DNA of 64,000 bases, taken from positions 12,922,850-12,986,849 of the forward strand of contig NC_134029.1 in the NCBI RefSeq assembly GCF_964204645.1, written 5' to 3'. The number at the start of each line of letters is the position of its first letter. Within the stretch, counting starts at the first letter, position 1. A model generated the notes under the pieces. The model saw nothing but the letters and a program-made list of their open reading frames with translations, ran no database searches and was not told where the DNA came from. This DNA comes from Tubulanus polymorphus. Lineage: Eukaryota; Animalia; Nemertea. The position numbers and the translations under genes are program-made. Of the stretch, positions 12,881 to 25,086 are shown piece by piece.

Positions 12881-13070
12881 ACCGGGCCTGAATGCCCGGT
12901 CTTGCCTAGTGCGCATGCGGCACGGATATTATAACTGGTATGATTTAGATATCAAGGAATAGAAACGACTTATCAAAAGCAACGAGGAATGAAAAAGGAT
13001 TACGTTGGTCGATGAAATGGAAGAGGATTCTAAAATATTAACCAATTTAGTAAAAAAATATGTATAATAA

Positions 13071-13340
13071 ATGGAACCAGAACAACCACAAACTATCAAT
13101 ATTACAAATAACACTGGTGTTATAAATATATACTACAAGAAGTGTTCTAAGTGTGAATTAGATAAATTAGCTATAACAGAATTTAGTAAGCGTAAGATTA
13201 GCAAAGATGGTTTTCAATATTGCTGTAAAACTTGTTTTAAACTATATACCAAACAATATCGAGAAGATAATAGAGAAGCTTACAATGATTATATGACAGA
13301 ATATATGAGGGAAAGATATCAAACAGACAAGCCGATTTAA
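13071..13340 (+). pseudogene. Truncated Cys4 zinc-ribbon protein (type seen N-terminal to HNH nucleases of large DNA viruses)
   Basis: KKCSKCELDK...EFSKRKISKDGFQYCCKTC followed by a charged helix. The 3' end is fused out of frame to integrase sequence at ~13328. Confidence 0.55.
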
Positions 13341-14152
13341 TTGACATGAAGAACTTAGAAGAATACAACAAAGGATATTTCTGGATAATGAATGTTATAG
13401 ACATATTCAGTAGATACGCATGGTCAATTCCAATCAAAAATAAAACTGGAATAGAAGCTATTCCAGATAAGATACAATTTGATGAAGGTAAGGAATTTTA
13501 TAACAAACATTTCAAAAAACTATTATCTGATAACGATGTAGAATATTTTTCAACACATTCAGATAAAAAAGCATCTATTATAGAAAGATTTAATAAAACA
13601 TTGAAAACTAGAATGTGAAAATATTTTACTGCTAATGAAACATATAAATATATCGATGTGTTAGATGATTTAGTGAAAGGTTATAATAATTCTAAACATA
13701 GTTCTATAAATATGAAACCTATACAAGCTAGAAAAGAAGATAATTCAGAAATAGTATGGAATAATTTATATGGAGCGTTTGTTACACATGATTTCGGTGA
13801 ACCAAAATTTAGAATTGGACAACACGTTAGAATATCTAAATATAGAAAAACCTTTTATAAAGGTTATACCCCTAATTTTACAGAAGAAATATTTAAGATT
13901 AAAAAGATGATATTAACTAAACCATTTGTTTATAAACTAGAAGATCTAAAAGATGAAGAAATATTAGGTTATTTCTATGAACAAGATTTATCACTTGTAC
14001 CAAACCCAGATGAAATAGAATACAAAATAGAAAAAGTATTGAAAACAAAAACTCTTAAAGGAAAAAAGTATTCTTTGGTGAAATATAAAGGATATGATGA
14101 TAAATTTAATGAATGGATTTTATCTAGTAAAATTAAAAGAATAAATGAATAA
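13328..14152 (+). pseudogene. int: Polinton retroviral-type (rve) integrase with C-terminal chromodomain
   Basis: QADLIDM...VIDIFSRYAW...IQFDEGKEF...KASIIERFNKTLK (DDE). In-frame TGA at 13616 in RM*KYFT. Chromodomain YKIEKVLK...LVKYKGYDDKFNEWI. N-terminus deleted. Confidence 0.95.
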
Positions 14153-14756
14153 AGATTTATTTATATTTGAACCGCATAATATGTTAATAACTGGAGTAAA
14201 AAACTGTGGTAAAACACATTTCATATTAGATTTGTTAGAAACTATTTATAAGAATCATTTTGATAATATAATATTATTCTGTCCTACTTATGAAATGAAT
14301 AAAACATATAATAGAGACATAGTTAAGATAAAAGAGTTTATTATATTAAATCCTAAAACAGTAAAAGAAAATTTAGATAATTGTATTAAAAAAGCAATTG
14401 ATACTTATAAAGGATCAAATACATTATTCATTATAGATGATTGTGCAAATTTACATGATTCAAAAGTGAGAGAAAGTGAGTTATGTTATCTAGCTTTCTC
14501 TGGGAGACATTTTGGGACAACAACATGGGTTTAAAATCAAAAATATAATTCAATTGTTAAAGACTTTAGGGAGAATATAAGATTTCTAGTTTTATTTTAT
14601 AACAAAGATAGAAAATCTATGCAACAATCATTGGAAGAAAATCGAATTATACCTACTGAATTACAGGATGAATATATGAATAAATTAAAGAATAATACAG
14701 GTTCAAAATTATTACTGAGACTACAATTTCCCTATGAATATAAATTTATAAAATAA
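14145..14756 (+). pseudogene. A32/FtsK-HerA-like DNA packaging ATPase
   Basis: Walker A GVKNCGKT, Walker B FIIDD and the GRH motif. In-frame TAA at 14532, then NQKYNSIVKDFREN... to the stop at 14754-14756. Confidence 0.93.
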
Positions 14757-14948
14757 CTATTTATATACCTATGTATTAGATACCCAATTAGATACCCTAA
14801 TACCTGATACCCTATTAGATACCCTAATACCTACTATGTATTAGATACCCTATTAGATACCTTAATACTTAAAAGCCCCTTTTTATTTACTATTATTTTA
14901 TACAATTTTCAACCAATATTATTATTTGAGTTAAATATAATTAATATC

Positions 14949-15758
14949 TTAATTACTTTCACTATCAGACCCTAACAGTTTATTCAATTTCACTACCGTA
15001 TCATCATCAATAGTTGTTTTATTGAACTTATTCATCCTTTCTACCGCATCATCAATAGTTTCTTCTTTATCTTTCACCAAAAGTGTGTCCACATAATCTT
15101 TATTATCAATATCTGTAACTATATTTTCATTATCATCTTTCTTCGTGTTTGCTCCTAATATTTCATTTACAATGTTTGATCCTAATATTTTATTAGCATC
15201 GGTTGAATCTAATCTATCTTTATTAGGTGTTGCTTATAATAAATCTTCATATAATTCTTTACCATTTACTTTTTTATTTGAAACAAACTTTGTAACATAT
15301 CTAAATGGGTGTTCTATAAATTCTCTTTTACCAACACTTTCTATTACGTTAGTCATATGTACCTTTGTATTCATATGTTTATTCCAATTTGATGGAGCGT
15401 TTGAAAATTCACCTTTACAATAATCACAATAATTTCTATTTTCACTAATATTTAATATAATTTCATTATTAGATGTAGAAGGTATTACATTATTAGATGT
15501 AGAAGGTATTACATTATTAGATGTAGAAGGTATTACATTATTAGATGTAGAAGGTATTACATTATTATCAATTACATTACTTAAATTATCAACAACACCA
15601 CTTTTATTATTATCGATTTCTATTAGTTTAGTTTTATAAATTTTGAAAATAGGATCAAATATCAAAGCTATATTACAATGTATTACATAATATAAACCAT
15701 CATTATTTTCATGTGTATCGATGTATGAAATATGTTTATATACTTTACCTCCTTCCAT
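14949..15758 (-). pseudogene. Polinton ORF with NNVIPSTS repeats and a C2H2 zinc finger (copy 1)
   Basis: CDYCKGEFSNAPSNWNKHMNTKVH and a 24-bp repeat x4. The frame continues ~95 codons past the in-frame TAA at 15234. Confidence 0.7.
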
Positions 15759-15790
15759 TTATTATATAAATTTTTATTAAAGTTAAAATT

Positions 15791-17037
15791 CTAATACATA
15801 ACACTATTTAATTGTGAATTTAAAATATTCAATTGTGCGTCAGATATAATATAAATGTGCATTTTAAAATTTTTGATTCCTTTATTATTTGTCATGAATA
15901 ATTGTATTCCATCTTTAGTGTTTTGTAATTTTTTCCAGAACCATGTAATGAATTATCCTCTGTTGTTCTAAAATCTAACCATAATGCACATTTATTACCG
16001 GTATAATAATCAATTTGATTAATATTACAATTTTCAGATGATTTTACTTTTTCATTCATAAAATGTTTTCTAATTTCTGGCCATTGATCTATCATTCTCA
16101 TTCCTTGACAAAATATTTTATTTGCTATTCCTTCGATAGTTATTTCTACTTTTGTTATTTCAGGATTATAATAATTATCAACATTTATTGCACCATTAGT
16201 ATATGTTGCAATGGTAAAAAATATTAATATACCTTTAATAGATCTTCTTGGGAAGTTAATATTCTCATTAATAATTTCATCATTTGCATTAATAGTTACA
16301 GTTTTAAATTTATCAATATAATCATATAATAATGAAAATCCTTGATTGTATTGAGTTTGAATTATACTTGAAATATTTTCATCAGTTACTGTATCTTATT
16401 CTAAACATATATATGATAATTTATAACCCATATCTTTATTAACGCTAGATATTACAATTTCATTAACAGGAGCAAATGTTATTTCGAATATAACATCTTC
16501 TTGAATTGCGTATTTATATAAAGGTGCATTATTATTTATCAATTCAAAATCTAATGGAATTTTATATTTGCTTCCATATATACTTTTTATCAATTTATCT
16601 ATAGCATTAGTTAATATTGCGCTATTAGCTTCTGATCTTAATTTATTTTGGTTTTCTGATTGGATTCCTTGAAATATCATATTATTTCTATTTTCTTTAG
16701 TTAACCATAAATCTTTATAATGCATAAATATATCATAATCATCTAATGAGAAAACTGTTTCTGGACCAATCTTTATAGTTAATTTTTTAATCAAATATCT
16801 TCCAACATTATCGACAACATAATTATTACTATTACCGGTTACTTTTATATCGGCTGATAAATAAATACTATTTGGAACATAAAAAGTATTTTGTGTTAAT
16901 CGAGGAATTCTAACATATAAAGTTTCATCAGGATTAATATAAGAAGGGTTATGAGTAATTATATGATGTGATCTTTCTGCTTTAATAGCATTAGATATTC
17001 TATGATTCTTAGAAGGATTGATATAACTCCCACTCAT
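15791..17037 (-). pseudogene. Major capsid protein (double jelly-roll, hexon-like), copy 1
   Basis: HNPS.I.PDETLYVRIPRL, VVDNVGRYLIKKLTIKI, YKDLW, KIPLDFELI, LE*DTV (stop at 16396), ALWLDFRTTEDNSLHGSG, frameshift at ~15930, then IISDAQLNI. About 415 aa reconstructed. Recognised as the invertebrate Polinton/adintovirus MCP type. Confidence 0.85.
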
Positions 17038-17057
17038 TTATTTAACAAAAAAATTAA

Positions 17058-18158
17058 TTATTCATTTTTTATCATGTTTACTAACCCAAAAATAATTGCA
17101 CTTACAACTGTAATTAAAAATAAAATAATATGTTCAGCAGCAAAGTTAATAATGTTTCCTGCAGATTTCAATATAAAACCAACAATTGATGCAATAACTC
17201 CAGCAGCTGCAGCAGATTTTTTAGATAGTTCCCATAAATATTTTGCTAATTTCTTTAAACCATCTTTAACTTTATCTTGTATAGAATTATTATTATCTGG
17301 GGGTTTATCCGGTTTATTGGGAGTAGGAGTAGATTTCATTGAATTTGATATAGCTAAACCTATTGTTGTAAATAACATAGTTACAGCTGTTAGAATTGAA
17401 AGAATTGTTATTCCTTCTAATTTAAAATATAATTTTATTCTATCTTTCAATGATATTTCAGAATTTGGTTTTATCAACAAATCTTTAAAAATAACTTTTA
17501 ATCTATTAATATTATAATCATATGATTTTAATAATAATTTAATTTCTTCTTTTTGTAATTCTATGTTATATTTTAAATCATCTTTTTCTTTTTCTAAACG
17601 TAATTCTTTTTGCCTATATTCCATTTCATCAATTACTTGATGATCTAAATCAGACTTTAATTGTTCTATTTCTCGATTTTTATCAGTTAATTCTTTTTCT
17701 AAAGTTCTAATTTTAATATTTCTTATACTAATAATTTCTCTAATTGCTTTATCAGAAAATATATCTAAATCTTCTAATTCTTGATCTGTTGCATCAAGTA
17801 ATCCATTTGGTAAAAGTTTTTCAATTGGAACTTTATTTGATTTAAGTTTACTAGTTTTGGAAGTTATATTCTGTTCAGAAGTTGTTTCTGTTTCTAAATT
17901 TTCATTAATTATCTTAAAAAAATCATCATTTCTTCGTTTAAATTCTATTCTATTTAGAGTTATCTCTTCTTCTGTAACATCAGTTATAACATCATTATTG
18001 ATTTTCTTAATTCTAAACTGTTCTAATTTAATAAAAGTTGATTTTGTTATTATTTTATCAATACTTTTATTAGAAGAAATCTTAAAATAATAGTCATCTT
18101 TCAAATGCCAATAATAATCACCATTTAAATATTTCAAATCTTTCACTAAATAATTCAC
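17058..18158 (-). pseudogene. 5'-truncated copy of the 462-aa coiled-coil/membrane ORF (repeat unit 1)
   Basis: Identical to the last 366 codons of 23682-25070 and begins at the duplication junction. Confidence 0.85.
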
Positions 18159-18260
18159 ACCCTATTAGATACCTTAATACTTAAAAGCCCCTTTTTATTT
18201 ACTATTATTTTATACAATTTTCAACCAATATTATTATTTGAGTTAAATATAATTAATATC

Positions 18261-19070
18261 TTAATTACTTTCACTATCAGACCCTAACAGTTTATTCAAT
18301 TTCACTACCGTATCATCATCAATAGTTGTTTTATTGAACTTATTCATCCTTTCTACCGCATCATCAATAGTTTCTTCTTTATCTTTCACCAAAAGTGTGT
18401 CCACATAATCTTTATTATCAATATCTGTAACTATATTTTCATTATCATCTTTCTTCGTGTTTGCTCCTAATATTTCATTTACAATGTTTGATCCTAATAT
18501 TTTATTAGCATCGGTTGAATCTAATCTATCTTTATTAGGTGTTGCTTATAATAAATCTTCATATAATTCTTTACCATTTACTTTTTTATTTGAAACAAAC
18601 TTTGTAACATATCTAAATGGGTGTTCTATAAATTCTCTTTTACCAACACTTTCTATTACGTTAGTCATATGTACCTTTGTATTCATATGTTTATTCCAAT
18701 TTGATGGAGCGTTTGAAAATTCACCTTTACAATAATCACAATAATTTCTATTTTCACTAATATTTAATATAATTTCATTATTAGATGTAGAAGGTATTAC
18801 ATTATTAGATGTAGAAGGTATTACATTATTAGATGTAGAAGGTATTACATTATTAGATGTAGAAGGTATTACATTATTATCAATTACATTACTTAAATTA
18901 TCAACAACACCACTTTTATTATTATCGATTTCTATTAGTTTAGTTTTATAAATTTTGAAAATAGGATCAAATATCAAAGCTATATTACAATGTATTACAT
19001 AATATAAACCATCATTATTTTCATGTGTATCGATGTATGAAATATGTTTATATACTTTACCTCCTTCCAT
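18261..19070 (-). pseudogene. Polinton C2H2 zinc-finger ORF (copy 2)
   Basis: Identical to copy 1 at +3312. Confidence 0.7.
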
Positions 19071-19102
19071 TTATTATATAAATTTTTATTAAAGTTAAAA
19101 TT

Positions 19103-20349
19103 CTAATACATAACACTATTTAATTGTGAATTTAAAATATTCAATTGTGCGTCAGATATAATATAAATGTGCATTTTAAAATTTTTGATTCCTTTATTAT
19201 TTGTCATGAATAATTGTATTCCATCTTTAGTGTTTTGTAATTTTTTCCAGAACCATGTAATGAATTATCCTCTGTTGTTCTAAAATCTAACCATAATGCA
19301 CATTTATTACCGGTATAATAATCAATTTGATTAATATTACAATTTTCAGATGATTTTACTTTTTCATTCATAAAATGTTTTCTAATTTCTGGCCATTGAT
19401 CTATCATTCTCATTCCTTGACAAAATATTTTATTTGCTATTCCTTCGATAGTTATTTCTACTTTTGTTATTTCAGGATTATAATAATTATCAACATTTAT
19501 TGCACCATTAGTATATGTTGCAATGGTAAAAAATATTAATATACCTTTAATAGATCTTCTTGGGAAGTTAATATTCTCATTAATAATTTCATCATTTGCA
19601 TTAATAGTTACAGTTTTAAATTTATCAATATAATCATATAATAATGAAAATCCTTGATTGTATTGAGTTTGAATTATACTTGAAATATTTTCATCAGTTA
19701 CTGTATCTTATTCTAAACATATATATGATAATTTATAACCCATATCTTTATTAACGCTAGATATTACAATTTCATTAACAGGAGCAAATGTTATTTCGAA
19801 TATAACATCTTCTTGAATTGCGTATTTATATAAAGGTGCATTATTATTTATCAATTCAAAATCTAATGGAATTTTATATTTGCTTCCATATATACTTTTT
19901 ATCAATTTATCTATAGCATTAGTTAATATTGCGCTATTAGCTTCTGATCTTAATTTATTTTGGTTTTCTGATTGGATTCCTTGAAATATCATATTATTTC
20001 TATTTTCTTTAGTTAACCATAAATCTTTATAATGCATAAATATATCATAATCATCTAATGAGAAAACTGTTTCTGGACCAATCTTTATAGTTAATTTTTT
20101 AATCAAATATCTTCCAACATTATCGACAACATAATTATTACTATTACCGGTTACTTTTATATCGGCTGATAAATAAATACTATTTGGAACATAAAAAGTA
20201 TTTTGTGTTAATCGAGGAATTCTAACATATAAAGTTTCATCAGGATTAATATAAGAAGGGTTATGAGTAATTATATGATGTGATCTTTCTGCTTTAATAG
20301 CATTAGATATTCTATGATTCTTAGAAGGATTGATATAACTCCCACTCAT
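19103..20349 (-). pseudogene. Major capsid protein, copy 2
   Basis: Identical to copy 1, including the stop and the frameshift. Confidence 0.85.
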
Positions 20350-20369
20350 TTATTTAACAAAAAAATTAA

Positions 20370-21470
20370 TTATTCATTTTTTATCATGTTTACTAACCCA
20401 AAAATAATTGCACTTACAACTGTAATTAAAAATAAAATAATATGTTCAGCAGCAAAGTTAATAATGTTTCCTGCAGATTTCAATATAAAACCAACAATTG
20501 ATGCAATAACTCCAGCAGCTGCAGCAGATTTTTTAGATAGTTCCCATAAATATTTTGCTAATTTCTTTAAACCATCTTTAACTTTATCTTGTATAGAATT
20601 ATTATTATCTGGGGGTTTATCCGGTTTATTGGGAGTAGGAGTAGATTTCATTGAATTTGATATAGCTAAACCTATTGTTGTAAATAACATAGTTACAGCT
20701 GTTAGAATTGAAAGAATTGTTATTCCTTCTAATTTAAAATATAATTTTATTCTATCTTTCAATGATATTTCAGAATTTGGTTTTATCAACAAATCTTTAA
20801 AAATAACTTTTAATCTATTAATATTATAATCATATGATTTTAATAATAATTTAATTTCTTCTTTTTGTAATTCTATGTTATATTTTAAATCATCTTTTTC
20901 TTTTTCTAAACGTAATTCTTTTTGCCTATATTCCATTTCATCAATTACTTGATGATCTAAATCAGACTTTAATTGTTCTATTTCTCGATTTTTATCAGTT
21001 AATTCTTTTTCTAAAGTTCTAATTTTAATATTTCTTATACTAATAATTTCTCTAATTGCTTTATCAGAAAATATATCTAAATCTTCTAATTCTTGATCTG
21101 TTGCATCAAGTAATCCATTTGGTAAAAGTTTTTCAATTGGAACTTTATTTGATTTAAGTTTACTAGTTTTGGAAGTTATATTCTGTTCAGAAGTTGTTTC
21201 TGTTTCTAAATTTTCATTAATTATCTTAAAAAAATCATCATTTCTTCGTTTAAATTCTATTCTATTTAGAGTTATCTCTTCTTCTGTAACATCAGTTATA
21301 ACATCATTATTGATTTTCTTAATTCTAAACTGTTCTAATTTAATAAAAGTTGATTTTGTTATTATTTTATCAATACTTTTATTAGAAGAAATCTTAAAAT
21401 AATAGTCATCTTTCAAATGCCAATAATAATCACCATTTAAATATTTCAAATCTTTCACTAAATAATTCAC
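20370..21470 (-). pseudogene. 5'-truncated copy of the 462-aa coiled-coil/membrane ORF (repeat unit 2)
   Basis: Identical to 17058-18158. Confidence 0.85.
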
Positions 21471-21572
21471 ACCCTATTAGATACCTTAATACTTAAAAGC
21501 CCCTTTTTATTTACTATTATTTTATACAATTTTCAACCAATATTATTATTTGAGTTAAATATAATTAATATC

Positions 21573-22382
21573 TTAATTACTTTCACTATCAGACCCTAAC
21601 AGTTTATTCAATTTCACTACCGTATCATCATCAATAGTTGTTTTATTGAACTTATTCATCCTTTCTACCGCATCATCAATAGTTTCTTCTTTATCTTTCA
21701 CCAAAAGTGTGTCCACATAATCTTTATTATCAATATCTGTAACTATATTTTCATTATCATCTTTCTTCGTGTTTGCTCCTAATATTTCATTTACAATGTT
21801 TGATCCTAATATTTTATTAGCATCGGTTGAATCTAATCTATCTTTATTAGGTGTTGCTTATAATAAATCTTCATATAATTCTTTACCATTTACTTTTTTA
21901 TTTGAAACAAACTTTGTAACATATCTAAATGGGTGTTCTATAAATTCTCTTTTACCAACACTTTCTATTACGTTAGTCATATGTACCTTTGTATTCATAT
22001 GTTTATTCCAATTTGATGGAGCGTTTGAAAATTCACCTTTACAATAATCACAATAATTTCTATTTTCACTAATATTTAATATAATTTCATTATTAGATGT
22101 AGAAGGTATTACATTATTAGATGTAGAAGGTATTACATTATTAGATGTAGAAGGTATTACATTATTAGATGTAGAAGGTATTACATTATTATCAATTACA
22201 TTACTTAAATTATCAACAACACCACTTTTATTATTATCGATTTCTATTAGTTTAGTTTTATAAATTTTGAAAATAGGATCAAATATCAAAGCTATATTAC
22301 AATGTATTACATAATATAAACCATCATTATTTTCATGTGTATCGATGTATGAAATATGTTTATATACTTTACCTCCTTCCAT
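21573..22382 (-). pseudogene. Polinton C2H2 zinc-finger ORF (copy 3)
   Basis: Identical to copy 1 at +6624. Confidence 0.7.
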
Positions 22383-22414
22383 TTATTATATAAATTTTTA
22401 TTAAAGTTAAAATT

Positions 22415-23661
22415 CTAATACATAACACTATTTAATTGTGAATTTAAAATATTCAATTGTGCGTCAGATATAATATAAATGTGCATTTTAAAATTTTTGA
22501 TTCCTTTATTATTTGTCATGAATAATTGTATTCCATCTTTAGTGTTTTGTAATTTTTTCCAGAACCATGTAATGAATTATCCTCTGTTGTTCTAAAATCT
22601 AACCATAATGCACATTTATTACCGGTATAATAATCAATTTGATTAATATTACAATTTTCAGATGATTTTACTTTTTCATTCATAAAATGTTTTCTAATTT
22701 CTGGCCATTGATCTATCATTCTCATTCCTTGACAAAATATTTTATTTGCTATTCCTTCGATAGTTATTTCTACTTTTGTTATTTCAGGATTATAATAATT
22801 ATCAACATTTATTGCACCATTAGTATATGTTGCAATGGTAAAAAATATTAATATACCTTTAATAGATCTTCTTGGGAAGTTAATATTCTCATTAATAATT
22901 TCATCATTTGCATTAATAGTTACAGTTTTAAATTTATCAATATAATCATATAATAATGAAAATCCTTGATTGTATTGAGTTTGAATTATACTTGAAATAT
23001 TTTCATCAGTTACTGTATCTTATTCTAAACATATATATGATAATTTATAACCCATATCTTTATTAACGCTAGATATTACAATTTCATTAACAGGAGCAAA
23101 TGTTATTTCGAATATAACATCTTCTTGAATTGCGTATTTATATAAAGGTGCATTATTATTTATCAATTCAAAATCTAATGGAATTTTATATTTGCTTCCA
23201 TATATACTTTTTATCAATTTATCTATAGCATTAGTTAATATTGCGCTATTAGCTTCTGATCTTAATTTATTTTGGTTTTCTGATTGGATTCCTTGAAATA
23301 TCATATTATTTCTATTTTCTTTAGTTAACCATAAATCTTTATAATGCATAAATATATCATAATCATCTAATGAGAAAACTGTTTCTGGACCAATCTTTAT
23401 AGTTAATTTTTTAATCAAATATCTTCCAACATTATCGACAACATAATTATTACTATTACCGGTTACTTTTATATCGGCTGATAAATAAATACTATTTGGA
23501 ACATAAAAAGTATTTTGTGTTAATCGAGGAATTCTAACATATAAAGTTTCATCAGGATTAATATAAGAAGGGTTATGAGTAATTATATGATGTGATCTTT
23601 CTGCTTTAATAGCATTAGATATTCTATGATTCTTAGAAGGATTGATATAACTCCCACTCAT
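22415..23661 (-). pseudogene. Major capsid protein, copy 3
   Basis: Identical to copy 1, including the stop and the frameshift. Confidence 0.85.
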
Positions 23662-23681
23662 TTATTTAACAAAAAAATTAA

Positions 23682-25070
23682 TTATTCATTTTTTATCATG
23701 TTTACTAACCCAAAAATAATTGCACTTACAACTGTAATTAAAAATAAAATAATATGTTCAGCAGCAAAGTTAATAATGTTTCCTGCAGATTTCAATATAA
23801 AACCAACAATTGATGCAATAACTCCAGCAGCTGCAGCAGATTTTTTAGATAGTTCCCATAAATATTTTGCTAATTTCTTTAAACCATCTTTAACTTTATC
23901 TTGTATAGAATTATTATTATCTGGGGGTTTATCCGGTTTATTGGGAGTAGGAGTAGATTTCATTGAATTTGATATAGCTAAACCTATTGTTGTAAATAAC
24001 ATAGTTACAGCTGTTAGAATTGAAAGAATTGTTATTCCTTCTAATTTAAAATATAATTTTATTCTATCTTTCAATGATATTTCAGAATTTGGTTTTATCA
24101 ACAAATCTTTAAAAATAACTTTTAATCTATTAATATTATAATCATATGATTTTAATAATAATTTAATTTCTTCTTTTTGTAATTCTATGTTATATTTTAA
24201 ATCATCTTTTTCTTTTTCTAAACGTAATTCTTTTTGCCTATATTCCATTTCATCAATTACTTGATGATCTAAATCAGACTTTAATTGTTCTATTTCTCGA
24301 TTTTTATCAGTTAATTCTTTTTCTAAAGTTCTAATTTTAATATTTCTTATACTAATAATTTCTCTAATTGCTTTATCAGAAAATATATCTAAATCTTCTA
24401 ATTCTTGATCTGTTGCATCAAGTAATCCATTTGGTAAAAGTTTTTCAATTGGAACTTTATTTGATTTAAGTTTACTAGTTTTGGAAGTTATATTCTGTTC
24501 AGAAGTTGTTTCTGTTTCTAAATTTTCATTAATTATCTTAAAAAAATCATCATTTCTTCGTTTAAATTCTATTCTATTTAGAGTTATCTCTTCTTCTGTA
24601 ACATCAGTTATAACATCATTATTGATTTTCTTAATTCTAAACTGTTCTAATTTAATAAAAGTTGATTTTGTTATTATTTTATCAATACTTTTATTAGAAG
24701 AAATCTTAAAATAATAGTCATCTTTCAAATGCCAATAATAATCACCATTTAAATATTTCAAATCTTTCACTAAATAATTCACACCTTTAATTGTTATATT
24801 GAAACCAGATTTTTTAAATATTGGTTTAAATTTATCAGTTAATTCTTCATATTCTAATTCTATTTTTAATAAAACTGGATTTTCATTTTCAATGTCCAAT
24901 CCTGAACGTGCTTTACTAACAAATCCATTAGTATCAGGTCTTGATAAATTAGAATTATATGCTGTTTCATTATCGTCATTAAAACTTCTTTCATCAAAAT
25001 CAGGTGGTTGTTCATCACTTGTACCAGGAGCGCCATCTAAAGGATCCAATGGAATATCTACTTTTGCCAT
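23682..25070 (-). CDS. Polinton 462-aa protein: acidic N-terminus, coiled coil, C-terminal hydrophobic/amphipathic helices
   Basis: Uninterrupted ORF with TAAATG start. Hydrophobic segments ITILSILTAVTMLFTTIGLAI, AAAAGVIASIVGFIL and IILFLITVVSAIIFGLV. Confidence 0.8.
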   Translation of the reverse strand: MAKVDIPLDPLDGAPGTSDEQPPDFDERSFNDDNETAYNSNLSRPDTNGFVSKARSGLDIENENPVLLKIELEYEELTDKFKPIFKKSGFNITIKGVNYLVKDLKYLNGDYYWHLKDDYYFKISSNKSIDKIITKSTFIKLEQFRIKKINNDVITDVTEEEITLNRIEFKRRNDDFFKIINENLETETTSEQNITSKTSKLKSNKVPIEKLLPNGLLDATDQELEDLDIFSDKAIREIISIRNIKIRTLEKELTDKNREIEQLKSDLDHQVIDEMEYRQKELRLEKEKDDLKYNIELQKEEIKLLLKSYDYNINRLKVIFKDLLIKPNSEISLKDRIKLYFKLEGITILSILTAVTMLFTTIGLAISNSMKSTPTPNKPDKPPDNNNSIQDKVKDGLKKLAKYLWELSKKSAAAAGVIASIVGFILKSAGNIINFAAEHIILFLITVVSAIIFGLVNMIKNE

Positions 25071-25086
25071 TTATATAATAAAAAAA

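Larger units (their letters stand above)
14847..24785. repeat. Tandem triplication, 3 x 3312 bp (14847-18158, 18159-21470, 21471-24782)
   Basis: All ORFs recur identically at +3312 and +6624. Junction microhomology ACC (gatACCctatt / cacACCtttaa giving cacACCctatt). Confidence 0.97.
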
